NCBI RefSeq assembly: GCF_009914755.1
Contig: NC_060947.1
Origin: the human T2T-CHM13v2.0 reference genome, Homo sapiens
DNA length: 64,000 nt
Strand: one strand, 5' to 3'
Part shown: positions 40,718 through 55,127 of the stretch, one piece after another
How the letters are laid out: each line of letters opens with the position of its first letter
How positions within the stretch are numbered: the first letter of the stretch is position 1
Notes under the pieces: model-generated
The model's database searches: none
Told to the model about the DNA's origin: nothing
The model's input: only the letters and a program-made list of their open reading frames with translations
Translations under genes and position numbers: made by a program

Positions 40718-41093
40718 TGTTATAGACTGAATGTTTGTGTCCCCAATCCCCACTGCCTGCCAGACTCATACATTGAAGCCCTAACCCTCCTTTGAATGTA
40801 TCTGGAGATAGGGTCTGTGAGATGATAAATGAGGTCATAAGAGTGGGGCCCAAATCCAATATGGCTGGTGCCCTTATAAGAAGAGGAAGAGACACCCACA
40901 CACACACACTCTCTCTGCCATATGAGAACATAGCAACAAGGTGACTGTCTGCAGGCCAGGAAGAGAGCCCTTACCAGGAACCAAACTGACAAGTGCCTTG
41001 ATCTTGAACTCCTTCTCTCCAGAACTGTGCAAAAATACATTTCTGTTATTTAAGCTACTCAGTCTGATATGGCAGCCCAAATAGACTAATACC
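40718..41093 (+). mobile_element. MLT1A-like MaLR solo LTR
   Basis: tgttatagactgaatgtttgtgtcccc...gcccttataagaagag...ctccagaactgtg...gactaatac. Confidence 0.85.
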
Positions 41094-41359
41094 AGAATAT
41101 TTGCAAAAGACCCCTAGAAATATGTGTTGATGATCTCTCCATACTCTTTTCTTCCCTGAGGGCAACAACATTCAGCCATATACTATTGATGGAATGAGTA
41201 GTGGGCTTTATACATGTGTGATTTGTAAATATTAAAAGTATATCAAGCATAAGTGAATTAAAAGTAATTATCACCTCTCTATGCTCAGAAATTAAGGGCT
41301 CTGCACCATATTAGTGGACAATCTTCTTCAAAATAAAGTGTATTACCATAGCTATATAA

Positions 41360-41980
41360 AATAGTGATTACAATGTGAGCTGTGGAGTCAGACTACTTGG
41401 ATTGCATCCTGGTTCTACTTAACTAATGGTGTCATCATTGACAGATCACTTATTTTCATTTTCTTCCTCTTTAAAGAAAATAGAAATAATAATTACATGT
41501 ACCAGTCAGAATGAATTAGGCTATGTTGCAATAACAAATAATCCAAAGTTTATTTCTCACTTCTTCTACATTCATATTGCAAGGCAGCTAAGAACTGTGC
41601 TCCAGTGGGTCTCACTGTAAGACACAGGCTAATAGAGCACACTTTCTGGAACACTGCTAGTAGCACTAGCAGAGGACAGAGAGATCCTGATGAATTGCAT
41701 ATTGGTTCTTGAAGATGCCACATAGATATGACAATCACCACTTTCACTTACATGTCATTGACTAAAAGCAATACAAATGACCATACTTAACTCCAAGGGA
41801 GGGGAAGGAGAACACTCTTACCATGGCCCAGAAGAGCAAGAAATATTCGTGATCAGCTCTAATGACTACCACATTATCTCACAGAATTTTTGTGAAAATC
41901 AAGTAAGCAAAAGCCTCCAAAGCATGAGTTACAGCTCTAGAAACAAATAAAGAGCTTACTAAATATTAGCTATTGTTATT
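41360..41980 (+). mobile_element. MIR split by an MLT1 LTR
   Basis: tggagtcagactacttggattgcatcctggttctact on the left; ctcacagaatttttgtgaaaatcaag...aaatattagctatt on the right. Confidence 0.6.
41498..41872 (-). mobile_element. MLT1I/J-like MaLR LTR
   Basis: tgtaccagtcag...taggctatgttgcaataacaaataatcc ... atgactaccaca. Confidence 0.7.
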
Positions 41981-43471
41981 ATCCCGTATTGAATTACACA
42001 CACAAAAAAACACTCCTGTTGGGAAAAATGGAAAACTATTTTTAGACTTCCAAGGAAACTTTGACCCCAGCAAATGTAAGAGAATACAGACGGGGTTCAC
42101 AGAAAACCTTTCTTTCTCTAACTACCTTTATAACTCCCCAGATGAGAACTCAATCATCTGACTGCAACACATATTTTCATTGTCCTCCCCTCAAATTGAT
42201 TTCTTGGAGAACACAACGTAGAGGAAATACAACAGAGCATCTTTACCCTGTTGTCTGACTTTGATCAGCTATCTTGTCGTTTTTCTTTTAAGTCCAACAT
42301 TTTGTTTATTTCTAGCTAGGTGGATTACTGATTATTTGTAGTAATTGGCTACATTAATATGTATATGCAGGTCCCTTACCTTGTACCTCTCATACATTAG
42401 CATCATTTAGAAATTGTGGCTGATCTGCAATTTTTATTCCTATCACTTTTTTGATGTAGTATATAAAGTAGAAAGTGAAATAGTGACATGACCCTAATTT
42501 ACAGAAAAATGTAAAACTAGTAGATTGCATATTGATGCGAGAGTGAAGCTAATTTGCTTCCAGTTCTTGATTTAACTAGTTATAGTACTGTATCTTGATC
42601 AAATCACTAAATCGCCTCTAAGATAAAGTTCTTTATCTAAAGAATTAAAGGAGTTAATTTAAACCTCATTTACTTCCACCAAGTATGATCTGGGGTGACA
42701 GAAGATGATCTCTAAACTCTTTTCTAACTTCAAATATTAGTCTGTGATGCAAAACCCTTGGTCCATGGTTACATTAGCACACAATATGTAGGAATTAAAT
42801 TAGATTCCTCAATGTCATTTCAAGCTGATTTTCCAGAAGCTCAGTTTATTGGAAGGAATTTAATCGCTCAATTGTTTGACTTTTCTTATCCAAGTGAAAT
42901 CAAATTTCACAATCCCGTGTAATTCACTCATCAATAATTATTATCAACATCATCTGAAATATATTCAGTCTGCAATTAAAAAAGAGAATGCCCCATGTGA
43001 CGAAGTCAAAGAATGATAATGATTCATCCAACTGTTGAAGCTTAATTGTTTGTCACAGGCATCCACATTAGAAATCTAATGATTATAAAGTCCAATGACA
43101 TTTAATTTTTCAAATCTCTATTTACCACATTGTTTTTCGAACAATGACATTTAGTCATTTTTTTAACTTGAAACTTTTGATAGAGTTTATGCAGCTAATT
43201 TTTTAAATTAAAAAAATCCAATATTTTTTCATAATCTTTTTATCATTTTCTTTGTATCTTTAATAAAATGACTGACATTTGTAATCTCACTTTTAATTTA
43301 CATCAACTTTTCCCTTATTAACCAACCCAAGGATTTATATACAGAAAGAATAGTTTATCATGATAAGGAATTGTATAGCAAGTTTTCTGTCATAATACCT
43401 ATTTATCTTCAAGAGTCACATACTTATGGTGCATGAAACAAAGATTCATAAAAGCCAATGAATTTAGTTTG

Positions 43472-43952
43472 TGTGGCAGATACTCCTGGTTGTTTGGCCC
43501 AATGGTCATCCCAACCCTTCACACCCCTTTCTTTCTTCTCATTATAAACGATAATAATAGCCCCCAAAATAAGCTTACCAACCTTCCTGAATCTAGAAGT
43601 GGACATATGAGCCAAGTCCAAGTAATGAGATGTAAGGGGTTGTATGCCAGTGCCCTTCTAGGAAAATTTTTCTTTTCTAATAAATCAGACAAGTGTGGCA
43701 GTACCAGCCCTTTCCCTTCTTCACATGGACTTCATTACTGCAGCTATAGAACTCTCCTCAATATAATGATGCCAAAACGTGAAGACCAAAGGCCAACACA
43801 CCCAAGACAGTGGAGCACAAAAAGATCAAGAATCTGGATCTTTAGTGACGTTAAGGGGCATCTGCCCCAACACTACTTACCATCATCTCCTCTGATCATC
43901 TTCTTGGGTAAAATTTACATTTCTTTCAGCCAAAAGCATCTCTTGCCAATAT
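43472..43952 (+). mobile_element. Old ERVL/MaLR-type LTR (LTR33/MLT1K-L-like)
   Basis: tgtggcagatact...tagaagtggacatatgagccaag...aatgagatgtaag...cagccaaaagcatc. Confidence 0.55.
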
Positions 43953-45179
43953 AGCTGGCATATTAGTTTGGCTATATTTGCATACTTAAAAATTGTATGC
44001 TTTATCTTCCACACACTAAATCTATCATTATTTCTATTGTAATATTTTAATTAAAAATATCTTTGTGTAATTGATAAAACAAAAAATCCTTAAGAGATTA
44101 CTTAGGTATTTGTGCCTTCACATAGAACCCAAATGGTCCCTCAGACACCATTATTTCACCCTAGGTTTAAAAGAAAAAAATTCTACAACCTTTTTCATTA
44201 ACTTCTTTCAATGGCTTTTAAGAACATTAAGAATATGGAAGAGGAGGTGGAGAATAGCCTGGAAAAACTTCAATTGGCTTCTGGCAGTTGCTGTAAATCC
44301 TAAGAGAATGGCATGAAGTCAGGCAGTGTGAATTTAATAGCATCTCTGGGCAACTTGGGAGTCTCCCACAGTGTCTCAATATGGCAAGCAGTTATTTGTT
44401 GCTAGTGCCTTTTATGCTGCCATTTATTTCGACTCTGGGCCTTCCTTGTATTTTATTTTTCTCTGAAGTTGTTTCTCTCACCCTCCATGAGACACTTCCT
44501 CTGTTGGGGAAGTACATCAATATAATTAGATGGATGAGATACGAAACAAATCACAATGAATAAACGAGAGAGAAACAGGAAAAGGGTGATTATTCAAGGT
44601 CACCCATGTTTGGCGCTCAGTTTCACACATAATCTGGTCAGGCGTGCATGTATCTAATGTAACAAATGGTATAAAAAAGCAGAATCTTCTGGCTCAAAAT
44701 ATATAAAAGAGAAAACCTATAGGAGATCATTACATTATTCTGAATTAACTGTCTTAGAATCTTCTGTAATTTTTTCCCCTCAGAATGAATAGGGCTACCT
44801 GGTAATAAAGTCTGGGACTATATGGAGAAGACGAACTTGCACTGAAAACAAGGTGACGATCATCACAAAAGCAGGGACAGAGTTCCCAAGACAATATATG
44901 TGTACAATCACATTTTCTAAATGTGGAAAGGAGATACAGATGAGTATTCCATGTTTCACTGATGTGGCAGATTTTAAAATAGCACGAATTATGGTTTTTT
45001 GGATAATTTTCCCCTTTGATTTTGCGAAACTTAAGCCCTGTCAAGGAAAATATGTTTCAATATTAATAATTATATTTTCCCTCAGAGTTAGTACAGTGAT
45101 TTGCTTCTATATTTATTTTCATTATACTAAACCAAAATCTTTCACATTGAAGAAAATATACATATTTGCATATATATAA

Positions 45180-45475
45180 TTTTTTTTTTCTTTTTGGGCA
45201 CAGAGCTTCTCTCTGTAGCCCAGGCTGGAGTGTGGCGAGATCTTGGCTCACTGCAACCTCTGCCTCCTGAGTTCAAGTGATTCTTGTGCCTCAGCCTCCC
45301 AAGCAGTTGGGATTACAGGCATGCGCCACCACGCCTGGCTACTTTTTGTATTTTCAGTAGAGAAAGGGTTTTGCCATGTTGGCCAGGCTGGTCTCAAACT
45401 CCTGACCTCAAGTGATCTGCCTGCCTGGGCCTCCCAAAGTGCTGGGATTACAGGCATGAGCCACCACGCCTGGCC
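45180..45475 (-). mobile_element. AluS (Sx/Sz-like) SINE
   Basis: Full dimer on minus strand with poly-T. Confidence 0.95.
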
Positions 45476-45820
45476 CATGTATTTACATAATCTAAACATG
45501 CTATTCAAAGATAAGGTGGGTACGAATAGAAAGACATATCAAATATACAGACGGAAGTGGATGAGGCACAACATTCTTCCTTTTCCAAGGAGGTTATCAG
45601 GTGTCTTTCTCTTTGTGTGCCAAAACAAAGATAATGATGGTCACAAAATTCATTGAAGGCTAGGCAAAATATAAGCCACATAGTAGATGCTAAAAGCAAT
45701 TTCTGAATAGTTGAATGGAGGAATGAAGTGGCAATTACAGTTGAATGAACATATGAATGAAGTGACATTAAAACTAAAACTAGCCTTATAGTTTTGGGGA
45801 ATTAAGGAAATTTTATTTTA

Positions 45821-46276
<456 letters not shown>

Positions 46277-47532
46277 TCACCTAGACAGCAATGTGATAGA
46301 AGAAATGTTAGCCTTCACATTCAGCAGTACAAATATAGGAGGCTTCCAAGTTTCATAGAGATACCAGTAGCCTTTAGAACAAGTGGGTTTCACCAGGTTA
46401 GCTATTGGCACGTTTCTCTGATATGTATCTTTCCAGGGTTGTGTGCAGAACAGATTTCTCACCCAAGTCTAGAGGCATCATTCCTACCAGTCATTTTTCT
46501 GCTATCAAGAAAATTATATTCCCTTTGTTTCTAGATAGAAAGATCTCAGAAAAGTCATCCTCTGGACACCTCTCCTGCATGACACTCCCTTATAAGAACA
46601 TAAAGTGGCATAATGTTAGATTTGGAGTATACAGAAAGCAGGGGCTATGGTGACATTCTTTCCAATATTATCAAGCTCTGTGGCTACGTTTTGTAGAAGT
46701 TTGTAATAAATCTGTAATAAATTAATAATGTAATCTACAGCTACAATAGCAAGAATTGGGCCTCACTATGCAAATCTTGTAGAAACATATACAGTCTCAG
46801 AGAAAATTCAATATCTTTTGCCATTAATTGCTTCCAGTGACTTTTGGGAACATTAAAAATGTGGCCCAGCAGGAATGAGTATCCTGACAGAAAGTTCAGT
46901 TGGCTCACCATACAGGCGTTCTCTAATTAACATGTTTAATTAGAATAATATTTTAACTATGTCTCCTTTAGGCCACTTTTCATTGGTAAAAGGAAAATTA
47001 TTTCTCACTAAATTTTAAAAAATAGACTATTTTTTACGGAATTTTAGGATCTCAGAAAAACTGAGCTGAAAGTACAGAGAGTTTTCATATATACTTAACA
47101 CCCCTCTCATCCACCAGCAAACACAGCCTGCTCTACTATCAATACCCCACACCAGAGGGGTACATTCATTCCAATTGGTGAAAGCACACTGATGCATCAT
47201 TATCACCCAAGTCCACAGTTTACATGAGGGGTCATGCTTGATGCTGTACATCCTACGGGTTTTGACATAACTATATAGGCATATATTAAATATTACAGTG
47301 TCATACAGAATAGTTTCACTGCCCCAAAAATCCTCTGTTCTTTGCCTATTCATCTCTCCTGCCCTCCCCTGCAAACACTGATCTTTTGACTGTCTCCATA
47401 GTTTTGCCTTTTTTCAGAAACTTATGTAGTATTCAGTAGTGTGCATTTAAGTTTCCTCCATGTCTTTTCATGACTTGATAACTCATTTCTTCTCAGTGCT
47501 GATTAATATTCCATTGTATGGATGTACCACAG

Positions 47533-47895
47533 TGCTATGGTCTAAATGTTTGTGTTTCCCCCTTTATATACTGAAATTCTAACACCCAAGGTGATAACAT
47601 TAGGAGGTAAAACCTTTTGAGTGGTGGTTAGGCCATGAGGGTAGAGCCCTCATAATTGGGATCAGTGCACATAGAAAAGGGGTACCAGAGAGCTGCCTTG
47701 TCCCTTCCACCATGTGAAGGTACAGCAAGAAGGCACCAACTATGAACAAGGACACAGGCTCTCACCAGACACTGAATCTTTGGGTACTATAGTCTTCGAC
47801 TTCCCAGCCTCTAGAACTGTGAGAAATAAATTTCTGTTGTTTATGAGCCATTCAGTTTCTGGTAGTTTGCTACAGCAGCCTGAATGAAATAAGAC
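47533..47895 (+). mobile_element. MLT1A0-like MaLR solo LTR
   Basis: tgctatggtctaaatgtttgtg...agaactgtgagaaataaatttctgttgttta...aagaca. Confidence 0.88.
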
Positions 47896-48273
47896 ATATA
47901 TTTCATACATTCATCTACTGGTGGCTTCCAAGTTTTGGCAAGTATTAACAAAGTTGCCATAAACATCCATGTGTAGGTTTTTGTGTGGCTGTTTTCAGCT
48001 CTTTTGGGGAAATACCAAGGAGCACGATTGCCGGATTGTATGGCAAGAGTATATTTAGCTTTGTAAGAAACTGTCAAATTGTCTTCCAAAGTAGCAGTAC
48101 CTTTTTCTGTTCTCATCAGCAATGAATCAAAGTTCCTGTTGCTCTACATCCTTGTCAACTTTTGGTGTTGTCAATGTTTTGGATTTTTACCATTCTAATA
48201 GGTGGGTAGCGGTATCTCGTTGCTTTAATTTGCATTTCCCTAACGACATATGATTTTGATCATCATCTCATAG

Positions 48274-48647
<374 letters not shown>

Positions 48648-50160
48648 CTTATTTTCTTATTGTTGATTTTTAAGAGTTCTTTGTGTATTTGGGTAACTCC
48701 TTTATCAGATATATCTTTTGCAAATATTTTATTCCATCTGTAACTTGTCTTTTTATTCTCTTAAGTTTTTGTTTGCGGATAACTGATAAGTTGGAATTCA
48801 CTGAAATTAAAAACTTATTTCTTTCATGCATCTTACCTTGGTATTGTATCAGAAGAAGTCAAGGCCGAACACAGGCCATCTAGATTTTCTCTCATGTTAT
48901 CTTATAGGAATTTTATAGTTTTACATGTTAAATTTAGGTCTGTGACCCATTTTGAGTTAATTTTGGTGAAGGGTATAATGTGTGTGTCCAGATTAATTTT
49001 TCTTGCATGTGGATGTCCAGGACCACGTGTTGAAAATACTATCTTTTCTCCATTGAATTGCCTGTGTTATTTTGTAAAAGATCAGTTGACTATATTTGTG
49101 TGGTTTTATTTTGGGGCTCTGTATTGTTTCACTGATGCATTTTTTTCTGTTTTGCCAATATCAAACTGTCTTGATTACTGGGGCTTTAGAGTAATGCTTG
49201 AAGTAGGGTAGTGTTAACTATATTGAGTACATTTGCGTGGGTCTATATTTGAACGTTGTTGACAATGAGTGGTGAAAGGGGATATCCTTGCCTTGTTCCT
49301 GATCTTAGCAGGAAAGCTTTTAGTTTCTCATCATTTAGTATGATCTTAGAAGTTTTTTTTTTTTTTTTTGTAAATGCTATTTATCAAGTTAGGAAAATAT
49401 CCCTCTATTTCCCGTTTGCTGAGAGTTCTTATTATGAATAAAAAACTTCGATTTTGCGAAATGCTTTTTATGTATCTATTAATATGATTGTGTAATTTTC
49501 CCTCTTTAGCCTAATGATGTGAATGAATTTCATTCACTGACTTTCAAATGTTGAACCAGCCTTGTGTACCTGAGATAAGTCCCACTTGGTTGTGGTATAA
49601 GAATTTTTTCACAAATCGTTGAGAATTTTTTGCATCTAGAATCATTAGAGATATTGGTCTGTAGTTTTGTGGTAATACCTTTGTCTGGTTTGGGTTTTAG
49701 GGTAATGCTGGTCCCACAGGATGAGTTAGAGAGTATTCTATCTGCTTCTATCTTCTGGAAGAGATTGTAGAGAACTGATATAATTCCTTCCATCAATGTG
49801 TGGTAGAATTCACCAGTGAACCCATCTGGACCTGATGGTTTTGTTTTGGAATATTTATTAATTTTTTAATTTCTCTGATACAGACTAATTCAGATTCTCT
49901 GTTTTATCATATACAACATATTCAGAATTAGTCTATTTCACATATGTTTCACATAATATTTCACGTTATCTTTTTAATGTCCTTGGGGAAGGTAATGATG
50001 CCCTTTTTCATTTCTGATATTTGTAATTTGTGTCTTCTCGCTTGTTTTTCTTAGTCTGGCTAAAGGCTTATTAATTTTATCGATCTTTTCAAATAACCAG
50101 TTTTAATTTTTTTCTCTATTGGTTTTTTAGTTTTACTGATATCTGATCTAAATTTTATTA

Positions 50161-51070
50161 TAGTCATGTACCTCATAATGGTATTTTGGTCAACAGGCCA
50201 CACATATGAAAGTGGTCCCATAAGATTATAATGGAGCTGAAAAATTCTTATCTAGTGACATTGCAACTGTCATAAACAAACCTGCTGTGTTACCAATTTT
50301 ATAAAAGTATAGCACATATAATTATGTACAGTATATAATATTTGATGATTACAGACAACTCTGTTACTGGTTTATGTATTTATTCGACTGTACTTTTTAT
50401 CACTAGAGTGTATGCTTTCTACTTATAAAAAAAAGGTAACTGTAAAACAGCCTCAGGCAGGTCCATCAGGAGGGATTCCAGAAGAAGGCACTGTTATCAT
50501 AGGCGATGACAACTCCAAGGGTATTACTGCCCCTGAAGACCTTCCAGTGGGACAAGATGTGGAGGTGGAAGACAGTGATATTGATGATCTTAACTCTGTG
50601 TAGGCCTAGCGTAATATGTGTTTGTGTCTTAGTTTTTAACAAAAAGTTTTAAAAAATAAAAACTTTAAAAATAGAAAAAAGTTCATAGAACAAGGATATA
50701 AAAAATATTTTCAGATAGCTGTACACTGTATTTGTGTTTTAAGCTGCTAAGGGTTACTACAAGAGTCAAAAAGTTAAAAAAGTAAAATGTTTATAAAATA
50801 AAAGCCATTACAGTAAGCTAAGATTAATTTATTGTTGAAAAAAGAAAAACATTTTAAAATAAATTTACTGTATCCTAAGTGTACAGTATTTATAAAGTCT
50901 GCAGTAGTGTAATGTCCTAGGCCTTCACATTAACTCACCACTTGCTCACTGACTCACCCAGAGCAACTTCTAGTTTTGCAAGCTTCATTCATGGTAAATG
51001 CCCTATACAAGTGTACCATTTTCATCTTTTACACCATATTTTTACTGTACCTTTTCTATGTTTAGAGATG
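50161..51070 (+). mobile_element. Tigger3b-like (Golem) DNA transposon, right end missing
   Basis: TIR-like tagtcatgtacctcataatg after TA; gtggtcccataagattataatggagctgaaaaattc; cagcctcaggcaggtcc. Confidence 0.85.
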
Positions 51071-51081
51071 CAAATATTTCA

Positions 51082-51857
<776 letters not shown>

Positions 51858-52544
51858 GAATTTATTACTTCTAACAGTTTTTGTTCTTGTTGTTGTTGGG
51901 GTCTTTAGGGCTTTCTATACATAAGATCATGACATCTGCAAACAGATAAATTCACTTTTTCCTTTCCATTTTGAATGCTTTTTATTTTTTTTTCTTGGCT
52001 AATTGCTCTGGCTAGGACTTCTAGTACTATGTTGAATAGAAGTGGCAATAGTGGGCATCCTTGCCTTGTACTGGATCTTAGAAGAAAAGCTTTCAGCTTT
52101 TCACTTTTGAGTATGTTAGCTGTGGGCTTTCATAGATGACCTTTATTATGTTGTGGTACATCCTTCCATACCCAGTTTGTTGCATTTTTTTTTAATCATG
52201 ATAGGATATTGAATTTTGTCAAATGCTTTTTTACAGCTATTGAGATGATTGTATGCTGTTAATCCTTCGTTCTGTTTATGTGATGTATCACATTATTGAT
52301 TTGAATATGTTGAATTATAGTTGCATTTCAGGGATGAATTCTACTTGATCATGGTGAATGATCCAGGGATAAATTCCACTTGATCATGGTGCATAATCCT
52401 TACAGTTGACAGCCACCCAATACTTTTCCCTAGGGCAAGAGAATAAGATGCTGGGACTTTGGGTGCAAGTTTAACTACTGTTTTTTTCCTCATGAAGGAG
52501 AAGTCTCAAGATTATTCACCTTCTGCCAATTCTGCAGAACCAAG

Positions 52545-52712
52545 CTGGCTGCCGAGATTCACACTGGCTGCAAAGAGCTGAGTGCCAGCTGCTGAGGGCC
52601 ACATACACTGGCTGCTGAGGTCTGCACACTGGCTGCTGAGAACTGCACCAGCTGCTAAGATTGCTAAGAGCCATGCTGGCTCTGAGATCTGTGCATTGGC
52701 TGCTGAGACCAT
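52545..52712. repeat. Degenerate ~20-bp tandem array (cacactggctgctgag) in the L1 5'UTR
   Basis: About seven imperfect copies of (g/a)gctgctgag units. Confidence 0.7.
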
Positions 52713-53174
52713 GAACTGCCCTCCCCGCCACCGCCCCCCCGAACCGCCACTCCACCAACTTTTCTTTGAGGTTAGCTGCTCCCAGGCCTTCTATGTAAGT
52801 CAGTTTCCTCAGAACTCTGGGTGAGGCAAGACAGAAGCAGGTCTCCCAAATGATGACCCAAAAGGCTGGGGAAGTTGAATGGATAGTCTTCCCTTTCTCC
52901 CATGGGGGAAATTGTGGGCCAAGGGTAACTCTTGGTGTTGAGCTGTGCCAAGTGAAGGGATAGGGTAACGTGGGTAAAGTGAAATTGCTTTTACTAATTT
53001 TAATGTACTTTTTTTTTGGGAGGGGGGTTGCTCTTCCGAGTGCTGCAACTTCTGAAGTGGATTCTGGAGTTCTCATAAAGGTATTTTGGTCCATAGATAG
53101 TTGGTAGATTAGTGTTTCTATGGAGGTATGAAGGCTGAGATTTCCTGTTGTGCCATCTTGCTGATGTCCCTCAC

Positions 53175-53440
53175 CCTGGAGTTTTAAAATCTCATATTTG
53201 CTTACATTGAGCCTCCAGAAATTTGTCAATTACAGTTTAGGTTTTCCTACCATAGTACTGATTGCTGCTTACAGGTTTCTGATCTGATAAGCTGTGATTC
53301 TACCTGCCTGTGTGTCTCTCCAGTTTGAGGGGCAATGGTTTTTTCTGTGAGTTGTTGAATTTCAGTTGTGCAGCTTTTTACTTGTTAGGACAGAGTGATG
53401 ACTTTCAAGCCTCTTATGTGCTGAATCGGAAACCAGAAGT
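53175..53440 (-). mobile_element. L1MC/MD-type 5' terminus
   Basis: ggacagagtgatgactttcaagcctcttatgtgctgaatcggaaaccagaagt; resembles the reverse complement of 16855-16915. Confidence 0.6.
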
Positions 53441-53626
53441 TACCACATTTCTCGTTAAATATTTGTAGCCAAAAATTGGTTCATAATAAAAGAGAACAAG
53501 CACCTCAACAAACTGAAGTTAAAATGTGGATAAAGGTGACATGTGATTAAATAATTTTCAAGGGAACAAGTGCCATTAGATTTGTTTAAAAGTGTGAAAG
53601 CACCTAATCACTTTTCCACCCCATAG

Positions 53627-53707
53627 GACTCTCAGGTATAATCTGTTGGTAAGAGACCAGCAGATGTCAAGCTGTAATTTACAGCTCTAGAATTTAAATC
53701 CCAAGAG
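53627..53707 (+). other. Candidate 81-nt non-coding cassette exon
   Basis: Branch-like cctaatc, pyrimidine tract, tag|G acceptor, GAG|gtgagt donor; stops in all three frames. Confidence 0.25.
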
Positions 53708-54559
53708 GTGAGTTTTAGTTGAAATCTGACATAAATCTTTGTTCAGTTCTCTGGTATAGTTTTGGCTACCTGAATGAAACTGTTCTGTTTCAGAAATACT
53801 CATATACATTTCTCCATGACTGTGTGGAAAATCTGCATTAATTTTTATCAGTCTACTCAGAATGCTTGTTAATTGATTCCAGAGAATATAGTGATAATTA
53901 GCCTACTCATGTGTTTTGGGGTATTCATTACTGTCTATGGATGGTTAATGACAACACTGTATTATGGCTTTATCCATATAAGCCAGTGACAATGTTTTCC
54001 AAATTTAAGCTCTCTCATAAATTGAATTCAGGTTTATTTCAAATCTTGTATGTCAGGATTAAGAATATTATAATGTTTAAACAGAAGCAGGCTGCAGTAG
54101 TATTTTACCTATGTATTACACTTACGCACACAAAGGTAAGGGGTGTAATGGAGAAGAGAACTGACTACGTAAAACCAAAACCGAGTAGCCCTTTCTGCTA
54201 AGGAGAGGGGAGCTATTAACTCATATAAATTGGTAGACAGTTCCTACACTGGACGTATTTGCTTTCAGATATGATGAGGGAGAGACAAGCTCAGGAAAAA
54301 AATTCAAATCTTTGGCTAGTTCTCTGCTTCTTATAGGTAGGATCTGGGGGCAGATGGACCATCATTTACGAGAACATATTTATGAGTTTTAGAAGTGCAA
54401 AAGTAGATCCCAAGTTAAATATAATAGATGGAAAACAAGGTTTTTTTGCATAACAAAGAGAGGAACTGAGTTTTAGAGGGAGGAGATAAAGAGGAAAAAT
54501 GCTGAGAAAAGATGAATAAAAGACCCTAGACCTCCACGGTTTAATATGGTATTCTCTTG

Positions 54560-54682
54560 CTACACTGGGTATTTGAATTCAAATAAATTTTAATTTAAAA
54601 TTTGGTTCCTCAGTCACACACCAGCCATATCAAGTGTTCAACAGCTATAGGTAGCTAGTAGCTATTGTATTGGATAGTGCTG
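54560..54682. mobile_element. MER3/MER33-like hAT-Charlie fragment
   Basis: ttcctcagtcacac...agccatatcaagtgttcaacagc...gtattggatagtgctg. Confidence 0.65.
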
Positions 54683-55091
54683 CTCTACGACATACGAGGT
54701 GAACAACAAAGTGATGTAAAATTCTTCAACCCAACACTCCACAAAGCTTCCCATATATACAAAAGCCCTGGGTGAGAGGTTTTGAGGTAAATTAAGGAGA
54801 AGGGCTATATATCACCTTTGGGGAGATGTTATACAGAGCAGAGTCTATATGTATAAAATAAAGACAATCCTTAAATAGCAATAAAAAAATTTTGAAAGCC
54901 AGAGTCCCTCAGAAACAAAATATGGTACTTTCCAAGGATCCCTAGAAAATCTGAGATTGACTGAAGGTCTCCTAAAATATGTGAGCTGGAATTGGAGGCA
55001 ATTAATTTCATTTGAATCTTATAGGACAATTTGCTTCAGTTAATAACCATCTTCAGAATAAATCCTCCCTGGCACCATGAAGCCAGAAGCC

Positions 55092-55127
55092 TAAATAAAT
55101 AAATAAATAAATAGATAAATAAATAAA
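55092..55127. repeat. (TAAA)n microsatellite
   Basis: taaataaataaataaataaatagataaataaataaa. Confidence 0.9.

Noticed and set aside
43433-43954. 173-aa ORF as a novel gene
   Set aside because: Lies almost entirely within an old LTR-like element; no domain recognised and no exon structure.
44797-44839. 43-nt minus-strand micro-exon (ttgttttcag| ... CAG|gtagcc)
   Set aside because: Weak donor, not frame-preserving, no supporting neighbouring exons.
46922-46944. Palindrome tctaattaa-catgt-ttaattaga
   Set aside because: 9-bp AT-rich arms are expected by chance in 64 kb.
52545-52712. CRISPR-like repeat-spacer array
   Set aside because: Primate DNA; units are short, degenerate and irregular; no cas genes.
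52516-53229. 237-aa minus-strand ORF
   Set aside because: Falls in an old L1 5'UTR with a tandem array; starts at a non-ATG codon; no homology recognised.
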